A stretch of DNA of 50,753 nucleotides, counting the filler, from Catajapyx aquilonaris (lineage: Eukaryota), in assembly GCA_000934665.2 (NCBI GenBank). It is 3 parts of 3 records of this genome, joined end to end, with 100 filler letters (N's around TTAATTAATTAA, not from the genome) between each part and the next. Parts side by side here need not be neighbours in the genome. Positions count along the whole stretch, not along the records: positions 34,205 to 50,753 come from JYFJ02007173.1; 2 more parts are not named here. The stretch is one strand, 5' to 3'. A program made the position numbers and the translations under genes. Each line of letters opens with the position of its first letter. Position 1 is the stretch's first letter. Below are positions 47,991 to 50,753 of this stretch, one piece after another. The notes under the pieces are model-generated. The model made no database searches, had not been told where the DNA came from, and saw only the letters and a program-made list of their open reading frames with translations.

Positions 47991-48769
47991 ATGATTTACA
48001 TGTGAACCTTTTTTTGTGTGTGAATTAGCAGTGTTGTCTTATGCGCACATAATTTGATGGCAGTTTGAAATATTGATGATAATGATTGTGCTGCATTTAT
48101 CAAGTTGTACAGTTTGTTGTTGTTTACAGTATGTCTTGTATAATAAAGTTCATATGTTTCATCATTACAAAAAAAAATGTGGGTTACATGGTTCAGATTA
48201 AAAGGTTTGCGATTCAACTGCAATTCTGATTATTATTCATTGCACCTTGCCCACTCATATTTTTTCAAGAGGATGTGGCAGCAACTACAAAAAAAACCCT
48301 CACTAAAATAACATAAATAAAATACAATAACAACTACACTAAACAATAAAATAAACAATTCAGGCATACAAGCGATTGAAAGTACAGCCGACAAGTACGT
48401 ACAAGCCATAACCGGTTCGAATAAATGAGCCCTTTTGCCAAAAAAATTGCCAATTAATGTAAGCTGAACTTGTCAACTTTCACTGATTAATTGGCTCAAC
48501 AGCCGTTTATTTTATTTAATACAAGTCATGAACTACTGTAATTGATGGAATACAGTAGATGTACTTTTCATGGTCACCGCTAGATGGCAGAACGGAAAAT
48601 GACGTCACGCATTCTAGAAGAGAAACGTAAAACGCGCCCCTTTGTGGACGATTAGAACGCACCCCAGATAATTCCAACATGGCGCCTTCTTTTTCTTGAG
48701 ACGACAGATTCTTCTCAAGAAAAGGTCTGATTTTCCTTCTATTTGTGGTTTCGTGTCCGTTCCTGGCTG

Positions 48770-49545
48770 ATGGAGGGAAGTAGAGGACTGTTGGGCAGAG
48801 GAGGAGACACGATGAGCCTGATGGAGGCCGTGCTGGGGAACAGGGAGATCTTGAAGGGCCTGGAAAGAAGAATGGGGAAGGTGGAAGGGATGGTGAAGGA
48901 GGAGGTCGGAAGGATTGAAGCACTGCTCCAGGAGCTACTGGGCAGAACAAGAGGAGGAGGAGGAGGTTGGTTATTGGTAGTGTTGTGCATGGTAAATAAT
49001 ATTTCCAGTTATTGATGCCCTGCCGTTAGTTTCAGGTGAATGGGCATGCGAGTCATCAAGTTCTCCCATTGTGAAGGAAGAATTACAGTCAGAAGAATAC
49101 CCAACAGTGGACGCATTGACCCCGCAAGCAGCGGATGAACATGACGACATACAGGATGAACACAACAATCAGGTTGGTTCCAGGAGGACACATTCTATTA
49201 AATTTTTCTAATAATATTGCTGTGATATTAAATTAGGATGTGTTATTCCTGTTTCAGGATGAAGGATTGGCAGGAGAATATGTCGGCAGTTCCAAATGCA
49301 CAGGAGAGGAAGCCAACAGTCAGTTGCATGATACATGTCTCAGATTGATTTGAATGCATTTTAACAGTTAATTTTCTGCAGGTCTTGGCTGCAGGACTGA
49401 TCGCTCGAGTGATGAAGAATTGGAAACACATGCTGTGTGCACCATCACGCAGGGTCCAGAGGGCGTCTCTTTTGATGTGGGGCCAATGCTCTCCAAGCCA
49501 GTGATCATCTACAAGGATGAAGAGGACGAGTACTTTGAGACTCAG
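48770..49545 (+). CDS. Tandem paralogue of the zinc-finger gene, exons 1-4 only (48770-48965, 49036-49172, 49258-49318, 49382-49545)
   Basis: Same intron positions and phases, same 61-nt exon 3, shared IVKEE.QSEE and FETQ motifs; finger exon not in the window. Confidence 0.82.
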
Positions 49546-49784
49546 GTAGGCCATCTGACAATGTTGCATGGGTTGGATGGGAAATAACTAATATCATGTT
49601 CTTGAAATATGATGAGGGTGGTGTAGGAATAGCTTTAATGATCAGTGTAATCCTAGTTAATGTTTAACATTTCGTAGTTTGGAAAGGCTGAAGTGCTGAT
49701 GGTGGAGAGCGTAATTGCCAACTGAAAATTGAATCACTGTGCTACAGTTATTTGAGTGGCATCACTTTCAGGATGTTTTTTTAA

Positions 49785-50753
49785 CCCTTTTAGGACGTGC
49801 GGTACATATCTATAACGGCAACTTTGAAAACTTCTGCTGGCGAAACTATAGCACTTTCCGAGTATGTAACATGGTTTCTGAGTAGCTTGTACATTTTTCC
49901 GTCGCGAAAACAAAAGTCGCGATTTTATGACTTTACAATCTTATATTTGCCAGATGTGGCCTAAAATTGTGCGACGTTAGCTTTTTGCGACCTGTGGAAA
50001 AAACGCTTTCCTAAAAAAAAATTGTATGACCTTCGCCGGCAAATTTTGGCATACAGAGTTGCCCCCAAACCTCCTCAAGAGATTCCACCCTAACACTAGT
50101 GCAAAAGATAATAGTTTTAAAATAAATAAATAATGTTCGTAAATGCCAATTAGCGACATGGCCACCACGGTGCCAGCGCCCGGCGGGACTTTTGAACAGC
50201 TGTGGAGCGAGTCACATTTCCACTCTGGTGGGGGGGTGTATGTTTCTCTCTCTAGCTTGGATGGAAGTAATATACACGAGTATTTTATTACTAATTTGGA
50301 AAGTTCTCTTAATTAGCTCTCCAGTGGTACTGTACTATTTCCATTACTCTATGAGCTCCACAACTATTTTAATTGGCTTGCAAAGTTTCAAGGTTATTGC
50401 ACTTTTGGACATGCAAAATTTATTTTCCTATTGCAAATACTCACTCATCATGAACCGGTAATTTAAATCGGATGGACGTTTTGAAATCACCAGGTTTCAA
50501 ACCATAAGTGTAGCAATTTGTAGGTTTGTAGTGCAAGTAATGAATGTATAGCAAAATTAATTACAAGACACACTGCACCTTTCATAACAATTTACAGTAC
50601 ATAATAGCCGTCGCTGAATGTTTTTTTCCAGCGGCGGCGGCGTTACCTGGCAACCCTGTCCGGCGGGCCAATTCAAACATCAGCCCATGGAGAGCGCTTC
50701 CATTGTTGCCACTGTTTACAAATCGAGGGAGTGACGCAGACGACCCAGCGACG
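49785..50753. mobile_element. Probable piggyBac-type insertion, left end only
   Basis: TTAA|CCCTTTTAGGACG terminus; the other end was not found, so the extent is uncertain. Confidence 0.4.

Overview
Eukaryotic genomic DNA, most likely arthropod/insect (spliced genes, tRNA-derived SINEs, CCTAA/TTAGG repeats, many DNA-transposon derivatives). Two identical 100-nt linkers (44 N + TTAATTAATTAA + 44 N, at 17461-17560 and 34105-34204) split it into three segments that need not be physical neighbours. Segment 1 holds the last three recognisable coding exons of kanadaptin (SLC4A1AP) on the minus strand. Its 6.7-kb and 8.7-kb introns are filled with MITEs, SINEs, a four-layer nest of fold-back transposons and a Transib (RAG1-related) derivative. 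Segment 2 is almost all transposon debris: a decayed piggyBac transposase and EnSpm-, pogo-, mariner-, Harbinger-, Sola-, Kolobok- and Chapaev3-type elements. Segment 3 has two Gln/Pro-rich exons of an unidentified minus-strand gene and a tandem pair of plus-strand paralogues: one complete 5-exon C2H2 zinc-finger gene (411 aa) and one whose finger exon is not in the window. The most novel-looking signal is a sequence-variable but structure-conserved 3' RNA motif shared by two SINE families and headless retroposon tails. All family names come from manual recognition of termini, target-site duplications (TSDs) and motifs; no database search was run.
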